Source: Methanobacteriota archaeon
GTDB taxonomy: Archaea; Thermoplasmatota; Thermoplasmata; SG8-5; DAIRED01
Length of the DNA stretch: 25,046 bases
NCBI GenBank assembly: GCA_043799545.1
Contig: JAZDNO010000028.1
Coordinates: 1 to 25,046 of the forward strand
Direction: 5' to 3'
A model generated the notes under the pieces. It was not told the DNA's origin. It saw only the letters and a program-made list of their open reading frames with translations, and did not search any database. Made by a program: the position numbers and the translations under genes. Numbering within the stretch: the stretch's first letter is position 1; the number at the start of each line of letters is the position of its first letter. Below, one piece after another: positions 16,917 to 25,046 of this stretch.

Positions 16917-17027
16917 AGGCCGCTGAAAGGCCTAGCGGTCTCCGTCATTTTCCGAACAAGGAGCTAGGCCGGCTCCACGGCAAGGACTACATGCACTCAG
17001 TCTTGCCGTGGCCGAAGCAACACGGAA

Positions 17028-17765
17028 TCACTTCTTCAACCTCTTCGCCCCGAACCACGCCACGTCGCCCCTCTCCTCGAACCCCGCCCCCTTGCACATC
17101 TCATAGCTGGCTTCGTTTGTCTTGAACACGTAGCAGTAGGGGGTTAGGTCCATGCCGTACAGCCTGTGCGTGAGGTCGATGGTTATTCTGTTGCCGAACC
17201 CCATGCGCCTGTATTTCCTGAGCGTGTGGGCGAATCCCAGCTCCGCCACCTTGTCCGTGACGAAATGGTTACCTCCCCATGATGCCAGCTCGCCGTCCAC
17301 TCGGATGCAGGCGCTCGGATATTTTTTGATGCATTCGCGTATGTGCGGCAGCGGGTGGTCGTGCAGGCTCCACAGCCTCGCCACCGTGGGCGCATCCTTC
17401 TGGCGCAGTGGCATGAGGTTCTCCCACCCTCCATTCGGGCGCTTGGGCATCGGAGCCACAAGGGTCCAGCAGGGGGATTTCCAATCCATGACGTACCTGC
17501 GGCGGACCTGCTCGTAAGCCCCGAAGGGAGCGCCCGAGGACCAGAACGGGGCCTTGGGTAAGAGATGGAACGGCACCTCCGCCCCGTTCCAATCGCCACA
17601 GAACATCGCATGCCTTCCCCTGACGGCGACGACGCTGTTACCGTCCGTCCAGACTTTGTATTTCTCCCCTTCGCTGAAAATCTTGTGTATAAGGATTCCG
17701 TTCATCACCGGGTCCTTGTCCAGGAGCCTCCTCAAACCGGCCATGCCCTCGAATGGCTCAAACAA
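17028..17765 (-). CDS. GNAT acetyltransferase (C-terminal FR47-like domain)
   Basis: AELGFAHTLRKYRRMGFG (motif A) and NEASYEMCKGAGF. TTG start overlaps the mptE stop by 8 bp; a slightly later ATG is possible. Confidence 0.75.
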   Translation of the reverse strand: MFEPFEGMAGLRRLLDKDPVMNGILIHKIFSEGEKYKVWTDGNSVVAVRGRHAMFCGDWNGAEVPFHLLPKAPFWSSGAPFGAYEQVRRRYVMDWKSPCWTLVAPMPKRPNGGWENLMPLRQKDAPTVARLWSLHDHPLPHIRECIKKYPSACIRVDGELASWGGNHFVTDKVAELGFAHTLRKYRRMGFGNRITIDLTHRLYGMDLTPYCYVFKTNEASYEMCKGAGFEERGDVAWFGAKRLKK

Positions 17766-18414
17766 GCGGCTCGCCTCCCATTGTCACGGGGATTTTTACG
17801 AGGCGCAGCAATTTCTTGGCCCACGCCAGCTTGCGGCGCTTGATATCGGAATACACGCCGCCCTTGCGCGCCGGGTTCTCGAAATCGAAGCCGACCAGGT
17901 CGATCGAGGAAGCGCCGAAGGCTTCAGCCAGGAACGCCGACCTGTCGCCGTCAGTGAATCCGCCAAAGTTCCTAAGGTTTCCCATCGGCGCGCACTGGCA
18001 CGTGCCGAGGGCCGGCCCCTTGAATTTCCTCACCGCGTCCAGCCTGTCCTGGTTATCACCATGGGCGTGGACCACGATGACGGAACCGGCAGCGGAGAGC
18101 CTAGCGATGATTTCGACGTCGCCGTCGAGGTCCGTGACGACGGCGAGCGGGACGACGCCATCTTCCAGCAGCGAGACGGCGGAATCGGCGACGACCAGCG
18201 GCCCGGCGAGGGAGCGAGGATGGAAACCGGTCAGGGCCGGTCCCAGGACGGTGACGCGTGCGCCTTTCATCCTACCAAGGCTGTCCTCGGCCAGCTCTCG
18301 CCCGGTCGGCAGGAGCGCATCCAGCATGCGCGCCGATTCCTCGTCCCGGCTCTCCATATGGCCAAAGTCCCTGAGAATCCGTTGGTACAGGGGCTTCCAG
18401 TCCCGGTCGTTCAT
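17758..18414 (-). CDS. mptE: Archaeal 6-hydroxymethyl-7,8-dihydropterin pyrophosphokinase (DUF115 family)
   Basis: VVTDLDG, VHAHGDN, NFGGFTDGDR, LVGFDF and KRRKLAWA match the MptE family pattern. Confidence 0.85.
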   Translation of the reverse strand: MNDRDWKPLYQRILRDFGHMESRDEESARMLDALLPTGRELAEDSLGRMKGARVTVLGPALTGFHPRSLAGPLVVADSAVSLLEDGVVPLAVVTDLDGDVEIIARLSAAGSVIVVHAHGDNQDRLDAVRKFKGPALGTCQCAPMGNLRNFGGFTDGDRSAFLAEAFGASSIDLVGFDFENPARKGGVYSDIKRRKLAWAKKLLRLVKIPVTMGGEPLV

Positions 18415-18439
18415 CGCCGTCTGCCATGCCGTTCGCGGA

Positions 18440-21400
18440 TTAATCCTTTTCTTCCGATATCACGACTAGGCAGTTCTTCTCCCCGTCCGCCATGCTCTTT
18501 TTGAGCTGAACGTCGAACGGCTTTTTCGCGCGGGACGCGAATCTCCAGGCAATCCCCCTGCAGAGGACGCAGAGGAGGATGTTGCGGCTCTTCTGGTTGT
18601 CCCACGGGCATCCGCTGATGCTCACCGAGCATGTCGCCGGGCAGGGACGCTTGTTTGCCTTGCACGCCTCCTCGTCGGGGCACACGAGCATAGATTTGCC
18701 GCCCAGGTCGGCCAGCACGCTGATGTATGCGCCGGCGACTTCCTGGGCCGTCTGAGATGACATTTCCACTGGGTACTTGGCCAGCAGGACGGTGTCGAGG
18801 CGCTCCGACAGCTTATCAACCAGGTCGGCCCGCCCCCCCTTGTCCATGGAGCCGAGCATTACGGGAACGATGTCGGTTATGACCGACATCAGCTTGAACT
18901 GGGCTTCTAGGACTTGGCGCTGGACATCCTCCGATTGGCGCTTCTTGACCTCGGTGATGTCCTTGACGATTCCGACGATGAAGAGGTCGTGGCCGAGCAT
19001 GTACTCTGAAATCGATATCTCCGCGTCGAAAGTGCTGCCGTCCTTGCGCAACGCCTTGAACTGGTACCTGTTCGGGGCGTGCTCGCCGGACTCCCTGGCT
19101 TGCGCGTAGGTCGCCATGCGCTCCCTGTCTTCAGGAGCGATTGTGTCCCCGGCGCACTTGCCCACGATCTCCTCGACGGTCCTGAACCCGTACATGCTAG
19201 CGAAGGAAGGGTTGACGTATGCGAACCGGCCCTTGCTCTCGACACCGATGCCGTCGATGGACGCATGGAACAGCGCCTTCAATCTCTCCTCGGAGCTCCG
19301 GACATTCTCCTCTGCCGCCTTCCTTTCCGTCACCTCGCGCACGACGGCCACCGCACCCCGGTAACGGCCGCTTTCCATGGTCGGCGAGAGCTTGGCCACG
19401 TACCATCTTCTTGTTTCGCCGAAATCGAGCCAGTATTCATACTCCGAAACCGAGCCGCTCCTGGCTCTTTCAAGGGCGTCCGCGGTCAGTTTCGAAGCCT
19501 GGGGCGGCAGTATGTCCGAGTACAGCTTTCCGTTGAAATAATCTGGCTCGGCGTACAGGTCATCTCTGTTCGAAGCGTGGTAGAAATTGAATCTCCCCTC
19601 CGTGTCGAAGCCGAAGACCAGATCGTCCATCGAGCTCATTATGTTGTGGAGTTTCGTCTCGGAGGCGACGAGTTCGCTCTCTGTCTTCTTGCGCTTGGTG
19701 ATGTCCCTCACCATCGCCAGGAGGTATTCCTTTGCGTTGAACCTTACCAGATTGAGGCTGACCTCGGCGTCGAAAAGCGAGCCGTCGGGGCAGACATGCA
19801 TCCATTCGAAGAACTGCGGCTTTCCAGAGAACGCAGTCTGAATGAGCTCTTTGGCTTTCTCGTCTGAAGCCCTCCCGTCCGGCTGCCTGGGCGGCGAGAA
19901 GTTGTAGGGCTGCTGGCCGATAATCTGCTCCCGTGTACACTTGAACATAGCGAGCGTCTTGAGGTTGCAGTCCACGAATGTGTTTCCGTCCATGAGGAAG
20001 ATGGCGTCGTGCGCCATGTCGAAGAGGGTCTTGTACTTCGTCTCGCTCTCGTAAAGCATCGCCTCGGCGTCTTTGCGCTCGCTGAGGTTTCTGATAATCA
20101 GCATGTCCGCCGGCTTTCCAAGGTACTGGATGACTCCGGCGTTTACCTCCACTGGCAATATCGATCCGTCCGGGCGCTTGAGCTTGGTCTCGTATATCGA
20201 TGGGGCCGGCTCCCCCCTCATCCTGCGGGCGTACATATCCGCAATCTTGGGCTTTTCCTCGTCCGAGATTGCCTCAAGGATGCTCGTGTTGTATGCGTCT
20301 TCGCCTTTGTATCCAGTCATGCGCAAGGCGCTCTCGTTGAAGAATACGGGTTTTTCGTTCTGGACGATTACGATTCCATCCCTCGCCCTCTCGACCAGAT
20401 TGCGGTATTTTTCCTCACCCTCGCGCAGCGCCTCCTCGACCTTTTTACTCTCGGTCACATCCCTTACTATGCCCAGTATGGCGCGCACCTTGCCATCGGC
20501 GCCTTTCAACAGAGCGCTGCTGACCTCGCCATCGTAGCGGGTCCCGTCCTTTCGCAGGAGCGTGTAATAAGTGACGAGATGGGTCTCTGACTTCAGCAGC
20601 CTTGACAAATCCTCGAAGGCCCGTTCGTTGTCCTCTGGCGCTATCAGCTCCATGAAGTTTTTCCCGGCGACCTCATCCATCGATTCGTAGCCGCTGATTT
20701 CCAGCGCCCTATGGGAAGCATACGTCAGCCTGCCGTTCAGGTCGCTGATGACGACCGCCTCCGGCATCATCCTCAGTATGTTTCTCTGGAGGTCCTCCGC
20801 CTGCGAAAGCTCCGCGCTCACGCGCTTGAGCTGGCTGATGTCGGTGATTATGCCGAGGATGGCGGGTTCGCCCTCGTATCTGATGGGCTTCGAGTTGATG
20901 AGAACCTCGAACCTGCGCTTGTCTTTTGTGAGCAGCGTGTACTCATAAGGGGCGCTCTCAATGCCATCGAAGCGTTTCTGCGCGTTCTCACGGACCCTTT
21001 TCCGGTCCTCCGGCGCTACGAGGCTCAGGAAGTCGAAACCTTCTGCGTAGAATTCGTCGGGCGCGTAGCCCATGGTCTCGGCGCACTTCCTGTTGGCGTA
21101 GACGACCTTCCCCAAGCGGTTGATGAAAATCATGTTTGGCGAGTTGTCGGCCAGCTCGCGGAACTTTGCCTCGCTCTCCTCCAGCGCCTTCTGGGACTTC
21201 TTCCGCTGCGTTACGTCGATGTTGAACTCGGCGACGACCCACTCGCCGTCATCGCCCCTGAACGGAATTGTGTGCACCTCGATGTGCCTGTCCTCTTTTA
21301 TCAGGTACTCCTCGGAAATGGTTGTCTTCTTGGTATCGAGGGCGGTCTTGATTGCGCAGGTATCGCATGGAGCGAATGTGCCCATGAAGTAGTCGTGGCA

Positions 21401-22525
21401 CTTCTTGCCCCTGTAATCCCCGAGGGTATTGGCCCACGCCGGGTCGACGTAGATCACGTTGTAATCGGCATCGACGATGTCGAACCCCGTGTGCGTGGCG
21501 CCCAGGATGTACTCCAGCCGGTCCTTTACAACCTTCAGCTCTTCGTTCACCCGCTGGCGTTCCGCCATCTCTTCCTTCAGCTTGGCCGTCCGCTTCTCGA
21601 CCAGCTCCTCCAGATGCTCGCGGTACTTCGAGATTTCTGCCTCGCTCGCCTTGAGGTCCGCGATGTCGTTCGCGACGCAAAGAATCGAAACGACCTTGCC
21701 GTTCTTGTCGTGGATGGGCGTCGCGCTGAGCAGCACCGGTACGTAGGCTCCGCATTTGGTCAGCACCCTGTACTCGATGTTGTGCATCCCCTTGCCCCGG
21801 GAGACGCTCGAGACCTGGCGGTGCGCCCTGTCGACGTCGTCCTCGTGGATGACGGTGAAGAAGTTTATGCTGTGCGCCTCCTGCATCGAGTATCCGAACA
21901 CGTTCTGGAACGTGCTGTTCGCGAAGATGAGGCTCCCCTTGAGGTCGAGCGTGAACATGGCGATGGAAGGGGTGTCCGCGAGCTGCCTGTACTTCTCCTC
22001 GGAAGCCTTCAGGTCGTCCTCGATTTTCTTCCTCTGGGTGATATCCTCGACGAGGCCTAATACGTAGAACGTCTCCCCCACAACGATTAGGGAATAGTGC
22101 ATCTCGAGGTTCCGGTACTTTCCATCGGAGCCCATGATGCGGACATCGCAGCTCGAGTTTTCCCCCTGGATGGTCCTCATCACAGTCTCGTGGGACTTCA
22201 CCCTGTCGTCTGGGTGGACGTAGCCTCCGGCCCTCTTGCCGACCCATTGCTTCGGGTCGTGGGAGAGTATCCTTCCAGAGGCTGGGTTTATAAGCACGTA
22301 CTTGAAGTCCTCGTCGATGAGGAACAGCCCCTCGTTCATGTTCTCCAGTATCGCATCCAGAATCTTCAGGCGCTCCGCGTCGCCTATCGGCATGGATGAG
22401 CCCGCCGTACCGTTCGCGTGCTCAGCCGGGCGCTCGCCGCTGAAGCTGGCATCGCGCTTGCCCGCCGCATCTGCGCTGGCCGCCTTCCCCCGTTTGACCA
22501 CAGCTTCCCCCTCGCTCCGGCTCAC
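18440..22525 (-). CDS. Cytoplasmic sensor with nine PAS domains and a C-terminal Cys-rich MetOD1/V4R-like domain; no kinase
   Basis: Nine PAS/PAC repeats ending in DIT/DVT-like motifs, with a coiled coil after PAS2. C-terminus GCPW...LCVLCRGI...GEKNCLVVI. No TM, H-box or HATPase motifs. GTG start overlaps the kaiC TGA (GTGA). Confidence 0.88.
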   Translation of the reverse strand: MSRSEGEAVVKRGKAASADAAGKRDASFSGERPAEHANGTAGSSMPIGDAERLKILDAILENMNEGLFLIDEDFKYVLINPASGRILSHDPKQWVGKRAGGYVHPDDRVKSHETVMRTIQGENSSCDVRIMGSDGKYRNLEMHYSLIVVGETFYVLGLVEDITQRKKIEDDLKASEEKYRQLADTPSIAMFTLDLKGSLIFANSTFQNVFGYSMQEAHSINFFTVIHEDDVDRAHRQVSSVSRGKGMHNIEYRVLTKCGAYVPVLLSATPIHDKNGKVVSILCVANDIADLKASEAEISKYREHLEELVEKRTAKLKEEMAERQRVNEELKVVKDRLEYILGATHTGFDIVDADYNVIYVDPAWANTLGDYRGKKCHDYFMGTFAPCDTCAIKTALDTKKTTISEEYLIKEDRHIEVHTIPFRGDDGEWVVAEFNIDVTQRKKSQKALEESEAKFRELADNSPNMIFINRLGKVVYANRKCAETMGYAPDEFYAEGFDFLSLVAPEDRKRVRENAQKRFDGIESAPYEYTLLTKDKRRFEVLINSKPIRYEGEPAILGIITDISQLKRVSAELSQAEDLQRNILRMMPEAVVISDLNGRLTYASHRALEISGYESMDEVAGKNFMELIAPEDNERAFEDLSRLLKSETHLVTYYTLLRKDGTRYDGEVSSALLKGADGKVRAILGIVRDVTESKKVEEALREGEEKYRNLVERARDGIVIVQNEKPVFFNESALRMTGYKGEDAYNTSILEAISDEEKPKIADMYARRMRGEPAPSIYETKLKRPDGSILPVEVNAGVIQYLGKPADMLIIRNLSERKDAEAMLYESETKYKTLFDMAHDAIFLMDGNTFVDCNLKTLAMFKCTREQIIGQQPYNFSPPRQPDGRASDEKAKELIQTAFSGKPQFFEWMHVCPDGSLFDAEVSLNLVRFNAKEYLLAMVRDITKRKKTESELVASETKLHNIMSSMDDLVFGFDTEGRFNFYHASNRDDLYAEPDYFNGKLYSDILPPQASKLTADALERARSGSVSEYEYWLDFGETRRWYVAKLSPTMESGRYRGAVAVVREVTERKAAEENVRSSEERLKALFHASIDGIGVESKGRFAYVNPSFASMYGFRTVEEIVGKCAGDTIAPEDRERMATYAQARESGEHAPNRYQFKALRKDGSTFDAEISISEYMLGHDLFIVGIVKDITEVKKRQSEDVQRQVLEAQFKLMSVITDIVPVMLGSMDKGGRADLVDKLSERLDTVLLAKYPVEMSSQTAQEVAGAYISVLADLGGKSMLVCPDEEACKANKRPCPATCSVSISGCPWDNQKSRNILLCVLCRGIAWRFASRAKKPFDVQLKKSMADGEKNCLVVISEEKD

Positions 22526-23991
22526 TTCTCGAAGAAACCCTCCACCTCGTCCGCAATGGCTTTGCGGGGGGTTCCAGACATCAGCCCGACCACGCCCTCG
22601 AACTTCTTGCCGATGGTTATTCCGCGCTCGGATATCGAATACTCGCGAATCTCCCTGACGTGCTTGCTGCCGCGCACCTTGAGGACGTTTAGCGCCTTCT
22701 TCATCTCCGAGCCAATCTCCACGAACCTGAGCATGACGACTGCGTCCACAATGAACGACGTGCCGGTGTTGGTTATCTTGCCAGCTCCAATCAGCTCCGG
22801 CGCCTCCGACGTGAGGATTGTGGTGATGCCCCTGCTCCTGAACTCGGACGTGAGGGTCGAGAGCAGTGCGCGAAGCATGCCCTCGCTCATTGCGGGCTCG
22901 TAGTCCGTTATGGAGTCAATCAGAACCCTGGAAACGCCGTCAAGGCTGGCGACAATCTCGTTCATGTGGCGGCTGGCCTCGATGTTGCGCGGGTGGGTGT
23001 AGATGATTTTGACGAGCCTTTTGGCCTCGTGTCCGGCGATGTCTATGCCCACGTTCATCGCGTTGCGCCTGAGCTGCTCCGGAGGCTCCTCGAACGAGAC
23101 GACGAGGCACTTCTCGCCCTTCTTCGCTCCCTCGTCGACGAACTGCAGGCCGAAGATGGTCTTACCTGTCCCAGCTGAGCCGGTGACGAGTATCGAATCT
23201 CCGGCGAGCGCGCCCCCGCCTAGCATCTCGTCCAGGCCCGGCAGGCCGGTGTTCACCCGCTCCTGCTTGGACTTCGAGCCCTCGGGGGGCGGCATCATCG
23301 GATAGACCGCCAGACCAGCGTTGGAAATCCCGAATCCGTGTTCTCCGGCCGAGTAGGACGAGCCGCGCATCTTGCGGATGTCCAAAGTCCTCCTGCCAGC
23401 GCGGTTCGAGAGGAGCACGATGCTGTCCGCCACGAACTCCTCGACGCCGTTGCGCGACAGCTTCCCCTCCTCGTTCACCTCGGTCGTGATGATTGACGTC
23501 AAACCCAATGTCTTCATTGCGCTAGTGAGCCGGAAGAGCGCCCCCCTGTAATCGTTGTCGCAGCCGTAGCGGATTCCGAGCGATGCTATGCCATCGAGCA
23601 CGACCCGCTTGATTCCCTTGTCCCGGACCCAGCTCTCGATAATCTCAATGACCACGTCCGCGTCGAGGACCGAGTGGGCTCCGCCGCGCTCGTCTGGAAT
23701 TGTGGACATCCTGCGTATCACGGAGAGGTCGAAGAACCACGCCTTCTCCGACAACGCGTCGAGGTCCTTCCGCATCGCCTCCGGGATGTTGTCGAGGATG
23801 TTCTGCCGGCTCTCCTCGAATGTGATGAAGAGCCCTGGCTCCCCAGATTTGGCTCCGTTGAGCAGGAACCCGACCGTGAAGATGGTCTTGCCGGTCCCGC
23901 TGCCTCCCGAAACAAGGTTGACGGAGCCGTTGTTGAAACCCCCGTTCGATATCTTGTCGAAACCCGAGACACCAGTAGCTATCTTTTTCAT
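22522..23991 (-). CDS. kaiC: Double-domain KaiC-like ATPase (489 aa)
   Basis: Real start MKKIATG at 23991. CI: GGSGTGKT, FEES, KMRGS. CII: GSAGTGKT, FEEP, KVRGS. ITNTGTSF aligns with the KaiC phosphorylation loop. Confidence 0.92.
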   Translation of the reverse strand: MKKIATGVSGFDKISNGGFNNGSVNLVSGGSGTGKTIFTVGFLLNGAKSGEPGLFITFEESRQNILDNIPEAMRKDLDALSEKAWFFDLSVIRRMSTIPDERGGAHSVLDADVVIEIIESWVRDKGIKRVVLDGIASLGIRYGCDNDYRGALFRLTSAMKTLGLTSIITTEVNEEGKLSRNGVEEFVADSIVLLSNRAGRRTLDIRKMRGSSYSAGEHGFGISNAGLAVYPMMPPPEGSKSKQERVNTGLPGLDEMLGGGALAGDSILVTGSAGTGKTIFGLQFVDEGAKKGEKCLVVSFEEPPEQLRRNAMNVGIDIAGHEAKRLVKIIYTHPRNIEASRHMNEIVASLDGVSRVLIDSITDYEPAMSEGMLRALLSTLTSEFRSRGITTILTSEAPELIGAGKITNTGTSFIVDAVVMLRFVEIGSEMKKALNVLKVRGSKHVREIREYSISERGITIGKKFEGVVGLMSGTPRKAIADEVEGFFEK

Positions 23992-24431
23992 TTTACTCCC
24001 CCCCCGGCGAGCGCAGCCCCGTTGCCGCGTGCCATCCTCTGCGTGACGAGCTTGGCCACGGTCGGCCCGAATATTTCCGAGAGCGCGCCGTTCACCGCCT
24101 CGACGTATTTCTCTGGCTCGGCCGCGGCGTCTATTCCGCGCGTCCTTTGTCCCAGAATGGATTCGAACTCCTTGGCGTATCCCTCGCCGAGCGTCTCCTC
24201 GAGGACTCCTTCGACCCTCGCGGGCATCTCGCGCACGGCCGCGCCCTTGAGCGCGTCCTGCTGGTGCACGTACTCCATGTACCTGCGCGTGGCGTCGCGG
24301 ATGAAGTCGTTCGGAGTGCTCCACGCGTATTCGGGATGCGCGGCGATGATTTCCTCGACCTGGTGCATCATCGCCTTGGAAATCCTGACGCCCACCCACT
24401 TGCGCGTGTCGTCCTGCTCCTCGGTCGCCAT
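23988..24431 (-). CDS. Ribbon-helix-helix (CopG/MetJ-like) regulator with a C-terminal helical domain
   Basis: KWVGVRISKAMMHQVEEII...STPNDFIRDATRRYME is a beta-strand plus two helices. C-terminal ALSEIFGPTVAKLV resembles DUF3227-type modules. Stop overlaps the kaiC ATG. ATG 24431 (TTG 24440 alternative). Confidence 0.75.
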   Translation of the reverse strand: MATEEQDDTRKWVGVRISKAMMHQVEEIIAAHPEYAWSTPNDFIRDATRRYMEYVHQQDALKGAAVREMPARVEGVLEETLGEGYAKEFESILGQRTRGIDAAAEPEKYVEAVNGALSEIFGPTVAKLVTQRMARGNGAALAGGGVK

Positions 24432-24461
24432 CGTTCTCAACCATGGATAATATAATACATA

Positions 24462-24479
24462 TAGGTTTCCAATGACCTA
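24462..24479. promoter_or_regulatory. Inverted repeat TAGGT-N8-ACCTA beside the AT-rich promoter of the RHH operon (candidate operator)
   Basis: Seen directly; the arms are short, so chance occurrence is possible. Confidence 0.3.
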
Positions 24480-24722
24480 CTTTTTGTTGGGTTTCTATCA
24501 GTTTGGCTTATACGACAGAGCATGGAAGCACTCCTTGGGCTGTTCTAACGGATGGGAACCGTCACTTGGGGATGAGCGGTTCCGCTACAGGTTGTGGGCT
24601 CGTTTCGAAGAAGCGTAGCCGGGGGGTGTTTGGCGTAAATCCTTTAGAAAATGAGAACTCTCGTGATATGATTAAATAGAAGCAAAATATTACATCATAT
24701 GATAATATGAGGAGAAAATAAA

Positions 24723-25046
24723 ATGAGCGAGCGTAGAATGACTACGGTTGCGAGCATTTTCGTGTTAATATCACTAGTCCTGAGCGTGTTGACCCCTTTC
24801 GAAGTGGAATCAGAAACTGCGGTAATAAATAGCGGAACCGTGACGACGACTAGACAAAGCAACGAAACGAACTATACCCAGATGTGTTTGGATTTCATTC
24901 AAGAAAATTACCCTGGTAAGAATATCACATATATCGGTTCATACGATAGAATTGACCCAGAGATTGGTCTAAATTACACTATTGTAGACGCAGACGTATT
25001 TCCAGGTTCCGTTCCTGGTTTGACGGATACCGTAGAGGTTTCGATT
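24723..25046 (+). CDS. 5' part of a secreted or surface glycoprotein (runs off the window)
   Basis: Not in the ORF track. Open from ATG 24723 to the window end (108 codons, MSERRMTTVASIFVLISLVLSVL...), GAGGAG SD at 24709-24714, hydrophobic signal segment, sequons NET, NYT, NIT and NYT. Confidence 0.75.
   Translation, partial: MSERRMTTVASIFVLISLVLSVLTPFEVESETAVINSGTVTTTRQSNETNYTQMCLDFIQENYPGKNITYIGSYDRIDPEIGLNYTIVDADVFPGSVPGLTDTVEVSI

Noticed and set aside
15931-17125. Short ORFs 15931-16194, 16199-16423, 16417-16653 and 16661-17125
   Set aside because: They overlap the tRNA, SRP RNA and structured repeats and have no recognisable protein features.
2229-22060. Long alternative-frame or antisense ORFs (e.g. 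2229-3095, 2908-3864, 9461-10612, 11215-12126, 17554-18504, 19079-19867, 20711-22060)
   Set aside because: Shadow ORFs expected in GC-rich coding DNA; they overlap well-supported genes and have no motifs.
18440-22525. Histidine kinase annotation for the PAS protein
   Set aside because: No H-box, N, G1, F or G2 motifs after the last PAS; the remaining ~165 aa are the Cys-rich domain.
22522-23991. Bona fide circadian clock
   Set aside because: No kaiA or kaiB in the window, the T432 equivalent is Phe, and the C-terminal tail is short.
22522-24444. 640-aa ORF suggesting an N-terminally extended KaiC
   Set aside because: The first 151 codons are Arg/Gly-rich frame noise overlapping the RHH gene in another frame. 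KaiC homology starts at MKKIATG (23991), coupled to the RHH stop.

Overview
GC-rich archaeal chromosomal window, probably class Thermoplasmata. This placement is an inference from the aIF5A motif [11 protein letters not shown], a tRNA-Gly with discriminator A73, an archaeal-type SRP RNA, MptE and TATA-box promoters. Left half, housekeeping: tandem GNAT, class I aminotransferase, oligopeptidase F, DUF3795-like Cys protein, aIF5A-agmatinase pair, AhpF-like PDO-thioredoxin reductase fusion, PhzF-family isomerase, an AT-rich membrane ORFan, a basic coiled-coil protein, PEP synthase and a large secreted M28 peptidase/beta-propeller protein. The 1.1 kb interval 15915-17027 is not empty. It holds tRNA-Gly(TCC), the SRP RNA and several unannotated structured elements: two tandem 60-nt hairpins, each with a predicted kink-turn, just upstream of the tRNA; two further copies of the tRNA 3' end about 80 bp apart downstream; and hairpins after the SRP RNA that offer an alternative fold. 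Right half: a minus-strand operon with overlapping start/stop codons encoding an RHH regulator, a double-domain KaiC-like ATPase and a 9-PAS sensor that ends in a Cys-rich MetOD1/V4R-like domain and has no kinase. It is followed by mptE and a GNAT. The window ends in a truncated, lower-GC secreted glycoprotein gene. The best candidates for undescribed biology are the tRNA-Gly-linked tandem k-turn RNA with its surrounding repeats and the kinase-free KaiC/PAS/RHH signalling module. All family calls come from recognising motifs by eye; no searches were run.
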